Of a DNA stretch of 41,790 nucleotides, positions 10,214-18,914 are shown in pieces. This DNA comes from Cyanobacteriota bacterium (GTDB taxonomy: Bacteria; Cyanobacteriota; Cyanobacteriia; Cyanobacteriales; Nostocaceae), in the NCBI GenBank assembly GCA_046045965.1, contig JBJOKS010000036.1:1-41790 (forward strand). Reading direction: 5' to 3'. Within the stretch, counting starts at the first letter, position 1; each line of letters starts with the position of its first letter. A program made the position numbers and the translations under genes. The notes beneath the pieces are model-generated. The model saw only the letters and a program-made list of their open reading frames with translations. It searched no databases and was not told the DNA's origin.

Positions 10214-11167
10214 ATGTTTGAAGAATTAAGAGGACAAAAACAAGCTGTAGAATTATTAACTCAAGCTGTTAAGCAAAACCGCATTGCACCAGCTTATTTA
10301 TTTGTTGGTGCTGATGGTATAGGACGAAGTTTAGCAGCAAAATGTTTTATTGAATTGCTGTTTTCTACTTCTGTTCAACCTCATCAAATAGCTACTTTAA
10401 AAAATCGCATCCGTCAAGGAAATCATCCTGCTTTATTTTGGGTAGAACCTACTTATCAATATCAAGGACAAAGATTAACAGCAGCAGAAGCATCAGAGAA
10501 AGGAGTTAAACGCAAAGCACCTCCGGTTATTCGTTTAGAACAAATTCGCGAAATTACCCAATTTTTATCCCGTCCACCGTTGGAAGCACCAAGAAATGTA
10601 GTAGTTTTGGAACAAGCAGAAACAATGGCTGAATCTGCTGCAAATGCTTTACTTAAAACTCTAGAAGAACCGGGGAAAGCAACATTGATTTTAATTGCAC
10701 CTTCCCCAGAATCTGTTTTACCAACTTTAGTTTCCCGTTGTCAAAAAATACCTTTTTATAGATTAGATACAGTTGCTATGAATCAGGTATTAACACAAAC
10801 AGGAAATGTAGAGGTTTTGCAACATCCAGAAGTTTTAAGTTTAGCTGCTGGGAGTCCAGGAACTGCAATTTTAGCTTACCAACAATTACAAACAATCAAT
10901 AGTGAATTACTGCTAGAAGTAAAAAAAATACCGACATCTTATCGCCATGCTTTAGAATTAGCTAAGAAAATTGATAAAGAATTAGACACAGAAGCGCAAT
11001 TATGGTTAATTGATTATCTACAACAATTTTACTGGCAGCAAAGACATACAAGGAGTATTATTGAACAATTAGAAAAAACGCGCAAAAATTTATTATCTTA
11101 TGCTCAACCCCAGCTAGTTTGGGAATGTACATTTTTATCAATATTGCAAATATCACAGTTGCGTTGA
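10214..11167 (+). CDS. holB: DNA polymerase III subunit delta'
   Basis: APAYLFVG, AANALLKTLEEP and LPTLVSRC; directly follows tmk, which is the conserved order. Confidence 0.93.
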   Translation: MFEELRGQKQAVELLTQAVKQNRIAPAYLFVGADGIGRSLAAKCFIELLFSTSVQPHQIATLKNRIRQGNHPALFWVEPTYQYQGQRLTAAEASEKGVKRKAPPVIRLEQIREITQFLSRPPLEAPRNVVVLEQAETMAESAANALLKTLEEPGKATLILIAPSPESVLPTLVSRCQKIPFYRLDTVAMNQVLTQTGNVEVLQHPEVLSLAAGSPGTAILAYQQLQTINSELLLEVKKIPTSYRHALELAKKIDKELDTEAQLWLIDYLQQFYWQQRHTRSIIEQLEKTRKNLLSYAQPQLVWECTFLSILQISQLR

Positions 11168-11227
11168 TTGCAAAAATTGTCATTATATAATATAATTTAT
11201 TTAGTAATTTGCAATTTTAAATTTTTT

Positions 11228-11629
11228 ATGTCTCCTTGGACTAGCCTGGTTACAGTTCTAGCACTAATTGTTTACTTTGTGGTGACAATTAACGTTGGTA
11301 GAGCTAGATTTAAATATAAAATCATCCCTCCTGAAACCACAGGAAACCCAGATTTTGAAAGAGTGCTGCGCGTTCAACAAAATACCTTAGAACAACTAAT
11401 TTTATTTTTACCAGCTTTATGGTTGTTCTCTATTTATATTAGTCCAATTTGGGCATCTGGTTTAGGTACAGCGTGGATAATAGGACGCATTGCTTACGCA
11501 TGGGGATATTATCAAGCAGCAGAAAAGCGAGGTGTAGGTTTCGGTATTAGTTCTTTGAGCAGTATTGCACTAATTTTAGGTTCACTAATTGGGATTATTT
11601 TATATTTGGTGAAACTTCCAAATATCTAG
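11228..11629 (+). CDS. MAPEG-family membrane protein (glutathione-S-transferase-like)
   Basis: VGRARFKY..P..TG.PDFERVLRVQQNTLEQ and GRIAYAWGYY. ATG at 11228 is the likely start. Confidence 0.9.
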   Translation: MSPWTSLVTVLALIVYFVVTINVGRARFKYKIIPPETTGNPDFERVLRVQQNTLEQLILFLPALWLFSIYISPIWASGLGTAWIIGRIAYAWGYYQAAEKRGVGFGISSLSSIALILGSLIGIILYLVKLPNI

Positions 11630-11649
11630 TAAAAAAAAATCATGAGTTA

Positions 11650-11678
11650 GTAGAGACGTTCCGCTGGAATATCTCTAC
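11650..11678. repeat. GTAG-headed REP-like palindrome
   Basis: gtagagacgttcc-gct-ggaatatctctac, an imperfect hairpin just after the MAPEG stop codon. Confidence 0.7.
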
Positions 11679-12277
11679 TTTTATGTTTTATTTTACTAGA
11701 ATCTAATTTACAATAATTCTTAACTAACCTCAATTAAACTGATAGAAATTTTCTCTATATACCAGAAATAATCTAAAGTTCTGTTATTTATAAGACAAAG
11801 AAATAATTATTAAATGTACACTGCTAGACATCAAAATCCTTTCTTTTTATTTCATAATAATTAAATAAAGCCAGGGTAATGAAATTATCATATTCCCTTT
11901 CTTGCTATCTACCATTCTAAAAGTTTAACTTTTAGTTTTTCTGACAATTTATAAAAATTTACGTAACCTAAAAAATAGGTCTAGTAAATCAAAGCCCCAA
12001 CAGCACCCCAACAGCAATTTAATTTAACTACATCAAAAATTGCTGTTGCAGACTGTTTTCATGAGTATAGGAATTGACCGCAAATCATTCGCTACACATT
12101 GCCGCCAACTCACCTATTAATCAATATAAAACTGACACCAGGTTAACAGAATATTATCACACAGATATTATAAAACATCTGGTTAGGAGTGATTAATAGT
12201 AGTGATATTGATTAAGCGGAAATTGAGCAATTATTCCAGTTTATCTGGGAAGTAGTAAAGAAATCTAGGAGAATTTA

Positions 12278-12778
12278 ATGCTAGAGTCTTTAACGTCATT
12301 GAACGATCATAATTTACCATATCCAGATCCATTGCATCCCATCGTAGTTCACTTTGTAATTGCGATGATATTGTTTGCAGTTTTCTGTGATTTAATTGGG
12401 TTTCTAACCGGGAAAACTCGTTTTTTTGAGGTGGGTTGGTGGAATTTATTTGTAGCCACTGTATCCATTTTCATTGCCATTATCTTTGGTCAATTTGAAG
12501 CAGGTTTAGCCAAACCTTACAACATCGTAAAATCAGTATTAAATTACCATACCTTAATCGGTTGGTCGCTGTCAGGAATTCTGGCTGCAATAACAGCTTG
12601 GCGTTATGTACTTCGCGCACGTAACCCACAAAAATTACCAATTCATTATTTAGCAGTTGGTTTACTGTTAACCATACTTGTTGGTTTTCAAGTCTATCTT
12701 GGTGATGAATTAGTGTGGGTTTATGGGATACACACAGTACCAGTTGTGGAAGCCGTAAAGGATGGAATCTTACCATGA
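12278..12778 (+). CDS. DUF2231-family membrane protein (first gene of the cox3-type operon)
   Basis: HPIVVHF motif, several TM segments and a C-terminal G.ELVWVYG motif; AGGAG RBS. Confidence 0.85.
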   Translation: MLESLTSLNDHNLPYPDPLHPIVVHFVIAMILFAVFCDLIGFLTGKTRFFEVGWWNLFVATVSIFIAIIFGQFEAGLAKPYNIVKSVLNYHTLIGWSLSGILAAITAWRYVLRARNPQKLPIHYLAVGLLLTILVGFQVYLGDELVWVYGIHTVPVVEAVKDGILP

Positions 12779-13380
12779 ATTCAGAATTAATTGATCAAGT
12801 CAGCGCCCAAATGGGAGCAAATGGACTACCTTACACCATTCCTATTCATCCTAATTTAGTTCACTTGACTTTGGGATTATTCATCATTGGGGTAATTTTT
12901 GATTTAGTTGCTGTACTTTTTCCCTTAGAAAACTGGCTGTTTAAATCTTTGGGTTTAGCTGTTGAACGCGCCCAATTATTTGAAGTTGGTTGGTACAACA
13001 TGGTAGCTTCTTCTGTGATTACATTTTTCACAGTTGCGGCTGGTTTTTATGAAATGTTGTTAGCAACTCCACCAGTAAACTTAAAAAGTTCTTGGGGTTT
13101 GCAAGCAATGGAAACCATGATGTGGCATGGTGTAGGCGGTGTTTTTCTCTTAGCTTTAATGGTAGGAATGACATTTTGGCGGGGATGGCAACGTTATATT
13201 ACCTGTAAAGATTCCGATATGCAAGTGCGCTGGAGTTACATTTTTGCCGGAGTTTTTATCATGGTTTTGATGTATGCACATGGCACATTAGGAGCGCAAT
13301 TAGCAGCTGAATTTGGTGTACATAACACAGCAGATAATTTGTTGAGAATGGGACAAGACATCAACAAGGTATTGCAGTAA
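12775..13380 (+). CDS. DUF2231-family membrane protein (second gene)
   Basis: HPNLVHL motif. The ATG at 12775 overlaps the upstream stop (ATGA), suggesting translational coupling. Confidence 0.85.
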   Translation: MNSELIDQVSAQMGANGLPYTIPIHPNLVHLTLGLFIIGVIFDLVAVLFPLENWLFKSLGLAVERAQLFEVGWYNMVASSVITFFTVAAGFYEMLLATPPVNLKSSWGLQAMETMMWHGVGGVFLLALMVGMTFWRGWQRYITCKDSDMQVRWSYIFAGVFIMVLMYAHGTLGAQLAAEFGVHNTADNLLRMGQDINKVLQ

Positions 13381-13462
13381 TGGGTAATGGGTAATGGGTA
13401 ATTCGTAAGAAATTGTTACCAATGACTAATGACCAATGACCAATGACCAATGACCAATGACT
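13377..13462. repeat. STRR heptamer arrays (GTAATGG)x3-4 and (AATGACC)x6
   Basis: Tandem 7-mers seen directly. AATGACC is the reverse-complement rotation of the STRR2-type TTGGTCA. Confidence 0.85.
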
Positions 13463-13466
13463 AACT

Positions 13467-14396
13467 ATGAACATTCGCTGGATTTTAAATTTTTTCCTAG
13501 TGATGACTGGGGGGCTTGTTATCACAATTACGAGTATTTTCATCGGTAAGCAAGCTTATTTTTGGCTTCCCCCCCAAGCTGCGGCTGAATCACATTTGAT
13601 TGATGATTTGTTTAGCTTTTTGGTGACAGTTGGTGCTTTTATATTTTTGGGTGTCACCAGTGTTATTTTGTATTCTATTATCTTCCACCGCGCCAAAAGT
13701 TATGACTTGAGTGATGGTCCACATATTGAAGGTAACATCACCTTAGAAGTTGTGTGGACAGCTATCCCCATCATGTTGGTATTGTGGATAGCAAGTTACA
13801 GTTATGAAGTGTATGAACACATGGGAATTCAAGGACCTTCTCATTTGTTACATTTACATAACCCCCTTCCCATCCAAGTTGCTTTAGCAGAAAAAGAGAC
13901 AGAAACACCAGGGGTAAATGTTAGCGAACCCTTAGAACAAATTGATGTCCTGGCTAAACAGTGGGCGTGGATATTTCATTATCCTGAAAAGGGAATTACA
14001 AGTACAGAATTGCATTTACCGAGCGATCGCCGAATCCGTTTAGCCTTACAATCAGAAGACGTACTCCACGGTTTTTATATTCCCGCATTTCGCGTTAAAC
14101 AAGACATCGTTCCTGGTAAAACCATAGACTTTGAATTTACCCCCATCCGTCCCGGTAAATATAGCCTCACCGACTCCCAATATAGTGGTACATACTTTGC
14201 AACCATGCAAGCAAACGTGATAGTTGAATCTCCAGAACAATATCACGAGTGGTTAGAAAAAGCTGTCAGCCACATCCCCACAGCTGCAAAAAATCAAGCT
14301 GCGACTGAATACACCCAAAGCAGAAACCAAAGTGTAAAAACTGGTTGGGAAACCGTCAAACCCGCTGCACCTCCAGTAGTTAATTTTTCGGGTTAG
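13467..14396 (+). CDS. coxB: Heme-copper oxidase subunit II, CuA-less alternative type (CoxB3/ARTO)
   Basis: LEVVWTAIP, KQWAWIFHY and DVLHGFYIP..RVKQD. The CuA loop reads DSQYSGTYFATM instead of CxExCGxxHxxM. Confidence 0.9.
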   Translation: MNIRWILNFFLVMTGGLVITITSIFIGKQAYFWLPPQAAAESHLIDDLFSFLVTVGAFIFLGVTSVILYSIIFHRAKSYDLSDGPHIEGNITLEVVWTAIPIMLVLWIASYSYEVYEHMGIQGPSHLLHLHNPLPIQVALAEKETETPGVNVSEPLEQIDVLAKQWAWIFHYPEKGITSTELHLPSDRRIRLALQSEDVLHGFYIPAFRVKQDIVPGKTIDFEFTPIRPGKYSLTDSQYSGTYFATMQANVIVESPEQYHEWLEKAVSHIPTAAKNQAATEYTQSRNQSVKTGWETVKPAAPPVVNFSG

Positions 14397-14431
14397 AAGT
14401 AAGGAATTAAGGAATGAACCACGAAGGCACG

Positions 14432-14452
14432 TTCGCGAAGCGTCTCGAAGAG
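14432..14452. mobile_element. 21-nt small dispersed element inserted in an AACCACGAAG repeat
   Basis: ttcgcgaagcgtctcgaagag; second copy at 30609-30629 in the same CACG^A context. Confidence 0.6.
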
Positions 14453-14593
14453 ATAGGACACGAAGAAAAGAGTTTTCAGAGAGATTTTTCGTTGGCTTGC
14501 ATGGTTAATTAATTCTTTCTTTCTTCCTTTGCATCTTTGCGACTTTGCGTGAGCTTTTCATTTTCTCTGCATGAGGATTTACAGGATTTTTCT

Positions 14594-14635
14594 AAAATCC
14601 AAAATCCAAAATCTAAAATCTAAAATCCAAAATCC
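14594..14635. repeat. Heptamer tandem repeat (AAAATCY)x6
   Basis: Six units directly upstream of the coxA ATG. Confidence 0.85.
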
Positions 14636-14636
14636 C

Positions 14637-16310
14637 ATGACAAACATCTCTCTTGAAATTACTGGTGAATCACATCACCATGAACCGCCAACTCACTGGA
14701 AAACATATTTCACTTTCAGCACAGACCACAAAGTAATAGGTATTCAATACCTCGTTACTTCCTTTATTTTCTTTCTCGTTGGTGGTATATTCGCAATGAT
14801 TTTGCGGGGCGAACTCATCACCCCCGAATCTGATTTAATCGACCGTACTGTTTATAACGGAATGTTCACTATGCACGGTACAGTTATGCTGTTCCTGTGG
14901 ACATTTCCCTCTCTTGTTGGTTTAGCAAACTATCTCGTACCCATCATGATCGGGGCGCGAGATATGGCATTTCCTCGCCTCAATGCTGCCGCTTTTTGGA
15001 TGGTTCCCGTGGTGGGAATTCTCCTCATGTCCAGCTTTTTTGTCCCTGGTGGACCAGCACAAGCGGGTTGGTGGGCTTATCCTCCTGTCAGTTTACAAAA
15101 CCCCACAGGACATTTAATTAATGGACAAGTTCTCTGGTTATTAGCTGTTGCTATTTCCGGTGTTTCTTCTATCATGGGCGCAGTGAATTTTGTCACTACA
15201 ATTGTGAAAATGCGTGCGCCAGGAATGGGATTTTTTAAAATGCCCTTATTTGTCTGGGCAGTATTTAGCGCCCAAATTATCCAATTATTTGGACTACCTG
15301 CTTTAACTGCTGGTGCGGTAATGTTGCTGTTTGACTTAACAGTTGGAACAGCATTTTTTGACCCCAGCAAAGGTGGAAACCCGGTAATGTTTCAACATTA
15401 TTTCTGGTTTTATTCTCACCCTGCGGTTTATGTAATTATTCTGCCTATCTTCGGAATTTTCTCGGAAATATTCCCCGTTTATTCCCGCAAACCTTTATTT
15501 GGTTATAAGGTAGTTGCAATTTCTTCGATGTTAATTGCTGTGGTAAGTGCCATTGTTTGGGTACACCATATGTATGTGAGTGGTACTCCTGGCTGGATGC
15601 GGTTACTTTTCATGGTGACAACCATGTTTGTATCTGTTCCCACAGGAATTAAAGTATTCGCTTGGGTGGCAACAATTTGGGGTGGAAAAATTAAATTAAC
15701 TACACCAATGATGTTTGCTTTGGGTGGTTTAATTATGTTTGTTTTTGCTGGTATTACAGGAATTATGCTTTCCTCTGTTCCAGTAGACGTTCATGTTAAT
15801 AACACCTACTTTGTAGTGGGACACTTCCATTATGTTCTTTACGGAACAGTAACAATGGGAATGTATGCAGCCATCTATCATTGGTTCCCCAAAATGACAG
15901 GGCGGATGTTTAATGACGGTTGGGGACAAATACATTTTTGGTTAGCATTTATCGGTACTAACCTTAACTTTTTACCCATGCACCCATTAGGTTTGCAAGG
16001 GATGTTACGCCGAGTTGCTTCTTACGCTCCAGAATATACTTTCTGGAATATTCTCGCTAGTTTAGGTGCATTCTTATTAGGAATGTCCACATTACCCTTC
16101 ATTTTCAACATCTTAATTTCTTGGCTTCAAGGTGAAAAAGCACCTGATAATCCTTGGCGGGCTATTGGTTTAGAATGGCTGATTTCTTCACCTCCACCTG
16201 TTGAGAATTTTGAAGAAATTCCCATCATTATTAGCGGACCTTACGGTTACGGAAAATCAGAACCATTAACAGCCAACCTAGAACCTCAAACCTTAAAAAC
16301 AGCAGAATAA
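14637..16310 (+). CDS. coxA: Heme-copper oxidase subunit I (CoxA3/ARTO type)
   Basis: TDHKVIG, TMHGT, WFYSHPAVY, VWVHHM and VGHFHY ligand motifs. Real start taken as the ATG at 14637; the track's extension is translated repeat. Confidence 0.95.
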   Translation: MTNISLEITGESHHHEPPTHWKTYFTFSTDHKVIGIQYLVTSFIFFLVGGIFAMILRGELITPESDLIDRTVYNGMFTMHGTVMLFLWTFPSLVGLANYLVPIMIGARDMAFPRLNAAAFWMVPVVGILLMSSFFVPGGPAQAGWWAYPPVSLQNPTGHLINGQVLWLLAVAISGVSSIMGAVNFVTTIVKMRAPGMGFFKMPLFVWAVFSAQIIQLFGLPALTAGAVMLLFDLTVGTAFFDPSKGGNPVMFQHYFWFYSHPAVYVIILPIFGIFSEIFPVYSRKPLFGYKVVAISSMLIAVVSAIVWVHHMYVSGTPGWMRLLFMVTTMFVSVPTGIKVFAWVATIWGGKIKLTTPMMFALGGLIMFVFAGITGIMLSSVPVDVHVNNTYFVVGHFHYVLYGTVTMGMYAAIYHWFPKMTGRMFNDGWGQIHFWLAFIGTNLNFLPMHPLGLQGMLRRVASYAPEYTFWNILASLGAFLLGMSTLPFIFNILISWLQGEKAPDNPWRAIGLEWLISSPPPVENFEEIPIIISGPYGYGKSEPLTANLEPQTLKTAE

Positions 16311-16313
16311 AAA

Positions 16314-16403
16314 CAATACAGTTCAGTTAAAGGTTTTTCTTACCTCAGCGTCCTCTGCGTCTCTGCGGTTAGTTAAAAAAATCAAACTTAACTGAACGTA
16401 TTG
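16314..16403. mobile_element. About 90-bp MITE-like element between coxA and coxC
   Basis: Terminal inverted repeats caatacagttcagttaa / ttaactgaacgtattg (one indel), enclosing a ctctgcgtctctgcggtt repeat. Confidence 0.6.
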
Positions 16404-16428
16404 CCAAATCAAAAGGAGAAATACACCA

Positions 16429-17031
16429 ATGGATAGTTCAATTAAACCTGAAGAATTACATCATGTTGCCCATGAACATGAACACGATGAAGAAGGCAAT
16501 AAAATGTTTGGTTTTATTGTCTTTCTGTTATCAGAAAGTGTCATCTTTTTAAGTTTCTTCGCTGGCTATATTCTCTACAAAACCACAAATGTTAATTGGC
16601 TTCCTGCTGGTGTTTCAGGACTGGAAGTTACAGCACCGACAATTAACACAATTATTCTGGTTTCTAGCAGCTTTGTGATTTACTTTGCTGAAAGATGTTT
16701 ACAACGTGATAATTTACCAGGATTTCGCCTATATTTGTTGGCTACAATAGCAATGGGTAGCTATTTTTTATATGGTCAATATGTAGAATGGAGTGAGTTA
16801 GAATTCGGCTTCACTTCCGGTACTTTTGGCGGAATGTTTTACCTATTAACAGGTTTTCACGGTTTGCACGTTTTCACCGGGATTTTGTTGCAGTTGATGA
16901 TTTTGATTCGTTCTTTTATTCCCGGTAATTACGATACTGGTCACTTTGGTGTTAATTCAACTTCGTTGTTTTGGCACTTTGTTGATGTTATCTGGATTGT
17001 TTTGTTTATCCTTATCTACGTTTGGCAGTAG
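16429..17031 (+). CDS. coxC: Heme-copper oxidase subunit III
   Basis: FLLSESVIF, LTGFHGLHV and FWHFVDVIW; AGGAG RBS. Confidence 0.95.
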   Translation: MDSSIKPEELHHVAHEHEHDEEGNKMFGFIVFLLSESVIFLSFFAGYILYKTTNVNWLPAGVSGLEVTAPTINTIILVSSSFVIYFAERCLQRDNLPGFRLYLLATIAMGSYFLYGQYVEWSELEFGFTSGTFGGMFYLLTGFHGLHVFTGILLQLMILIRSFIPGNYDTGHFGVNSTSLFWHFVDVIWIVLFILIYVWQ

Positions 17032-17053
17032 GGAAAGAATAGGATTGATTTTT

Positions 17054-17104
17054 GGTTCGTAGTTGGTACTTTAGTACATTACACTGAAGTGCTGACTGCG
17101 AACC
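17054..17104. repeat. Imperfect palindromic REP-like element after coxC
   Basis: ggttcgtagttggtactttagt ... actgaagtgctgactgcgaacc; the arms pair when G-U is allowed. Confidence 0.55.
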
Positions 17105-17306
17105 TATTTTTGTTTCACGCAAAGGCGCAAAGGAGCAAAGATATAAAAGAAGAAAAAGATGAATATTCAAATTTCTAAACACAGTTCTATTGCTTCTCTC
17201 ACCCGTTCCATCAGTTCATCATAAATAATTAATAAACATTCAGACATGGTTAAGCCCCTCTTGAATTATTATATACTGTTCAAATAACCTACTATAATTA
17301 AACAAT

Positions 17307-17335
17307 AAAAAACCCCGGTGAAACTGGCCGAGGTT
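17307..17335 (-). terminator. Rho-independent terminator of the psb34-like pair
   Basis: Minus strand reads AACCTCGG-ccagtttca-CCGGGGTT-TTTT. Confidence 0.65.
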
Positions 17336-17398
17336 GATTAGGAGAAATGAGAATGACGATTAAATTCCAATACCGATGCTGAAAAAATTTAAAACATC

Positions 17399-17569
17399 TT
17401 AGCTAACACCCAAAGCAATCAAAATTACAGAAGTTACAAATAAAACTGCTACTGCACCTTGGAAAAGGTAGCGGTTTTGTTGCTCTTTAGTAGGATATTC
17501 GGCGTAGTAAAGTTGTGGTTCTGTTGCGTAGTTATTGAGGATGCCTTTTTCGTCAGTGGTGGTATACAT
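17399..17569 (-). CDS. psb34: Ssl1498/Psb34-family single-TM photosystem II assembly protein, copy 2 (56 aa; missing from the ORF track)
   Basis: Translates to MYTTTDEKGILNNYATEPQLYYAEYPTKEQQNRYLFQGAVAVLFVTSVILIALGVS. LNNYAxEP..Y.AEYP is the family motif; AAAGGA RBS. Confidence 0.85.
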   Translation of the reverse strand: MYTTTDEKGILNNYATEPQLYYAEYPTKEQQNRYLFQGAVAVLFVTSVILIALGVS

Positions 17570-17617
17570 AATTTTTTTCCTTTGTTTGTGTAAATTACTT
17601 GAAAAATACTGAAAATC

Positions 17618-17788
17618 TTAGCTAACACCCAAAGCAATCAAAATTATAGAGGTTACAAATAAAACTGCTACTGCACCTTGGAAAAGGTAGCGGTTTTGTT
17701 GCTCTTTAGTAGGATATTCCGCGTAATAAAGTTGTGGTTCTGTTGCGTAGTTATTGAGGATGCCTTTTTCGTCGGTGGTAGTATACAT
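17618..17788 (-). CDS. psb34: Ssl1498/Psb34-family protein, copy 1 (56 aa)
   Basis: Same peptide except I instead of V at residue 48. ATG at 17788 with AAAGGA RBS; the track's 99-aa version is over-extended. Confidence 0.87.
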   Translation of the reverse strand: MYTTTDEKGILNNYATEPQLYYAEYPTKEQQNRYLFQGAVAVLFVTSIILIALGVS

Positions 17789-18051
17789 AATTTTTTTCCT
17801 TTGTTTGTTATTTGTCTGCTGCCTTATGTAAACTAATATAACAAGATTATTACAAAGTGTCAAGAGGACTTGACAGAATATTGTAAATATTATAGATAGC
17901 CGTTGCTTATCTGGCATGAGAACAATATCCCCGACTTCTTAGAGAGGTTGCGTTTCAAATTCGAGATAATATACAAATTAGCGTATTAACGATTTGTCAA
18001 ATCTAAAAACTATGCTTAAAAAAAGTAGTAGATAATTTATCCCCAAAAAGC

Positions 18052-18088
18052 TTTTAGCAGCTTACAAATTAATTGTAAACTGCTAAAA
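18052..18088. terminator. Hairpin downstream of tRNA-Val, probable terminator
   Basis: ttttagcagcttacaa-attaa-ttgtaaactgctaaaa inverted repeat (one mismatch). Confidence 0.55.
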
Positions 18089-18106
18089 TAGGAATTTAAT
18101 TTTAAA

Positions 18107-18179
<73 letters not shown>

Positions 18180-18314
18180 GTTTTTCATCACTTTATTAAT
18201 ATAGCATAGGCTTTTAAAATTGTGCAAGGGGTTTGGGAAAATTCTTTTTTAGGGCTTGAGGTAGCTTGTCAGCTATACTTACTCAGTATTCAATTTTGAC
18301 TTTTATATATAAAG

Positions 18315-18914
18315 ATGCCTTCTGGTCAAACGCACGATCGCATTACTATTTGGTCTATCCCTGTGGTGACGGGTGTAACTTTGATGGCCACTCGCAGCAG
18401 TAATGTGACGTTGTTGGTGGCGGGTGGGTTTATGTTTGGGGGGTTGATGTTTGGACCCGACTTAGATATTTATTCCCGTCAGTTTCAGCGTTGGGGGTTT
18501 CTGCGTTGGATATGGCTACCTTATCAAAAAAGTCTGCGTCATCGGTCGTTTTTATCCCACGGTCCAATTATTGGGACAACTCTGCGGGTGGTTTATCTGA
18601 CGACTTTTGTAGCGATCGCAGCGATTTTGGTTTTGGTGGTTTTCGCTAAATTGGGTAATGTGGCTTTGAACTGGGGGGAAGTGTGGAAAAGTGTGGGACG
18701 GACTATATCTATATATTATGGGGAATTTTTTGCTTTGTTTTTGGGGTGTGAACTCGGTGCTATGAGTCATTCTATTAGTGATTGGACTAATTCAGCTTAT
18801 AAACGTTTTCAAAAGCAGGGTATTCAAGGGTTACTTGCTTATGGCAAAATTAAGAAGCGTAAACCGACGCAGAGTGTAAAGCCGGTGAGAAAACGCAGAG
18901 GTAAGGCAGAATGA
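18315..18914 (+). CDS. DUF2227-family putative metal-binding membrane protein
   Basis: MPSGQTHDRIT, GPDLD, HRSFLSHGP and SHSISD motifs. Confidence 0.8.
   Translation: MPSGQTHDRITIWSIPVVTGVTLMATRSSNVTLLVAGGFMFGGLMFGPDLDIYSRQFQRWGFLRWIWLPYQKSLRHRSFLSHGPIIGTTLRVVYLTTFVAIAAILVLVVFAKLGNVALNWGEVWKSVGRTISIYYGEFFALFLGCELGAMSHSISDWTNSAYKRFQKQGIQGLLAYGKIKKRKPTQSVKPVRKRRGKAE

Noticed and set aside
11817..11830. Possible NtcA box upstream of the oxidase operon
   Set aside because: GTA-N8-GAC has a mismatch and is likely by chance in AT-rich DNA; not called as a feature.
14571..14636. N-terminal extension of CoxA (SKIQNLKSKIQN)
   Set aside because: Translation of the AAAATCY heptamer array.
17449..17637. 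Track's 62-aa ORF overlapping the psb34-like region
   Set aside because: It is in a different frame from the true 56-aa duplicate at 17399-17569.
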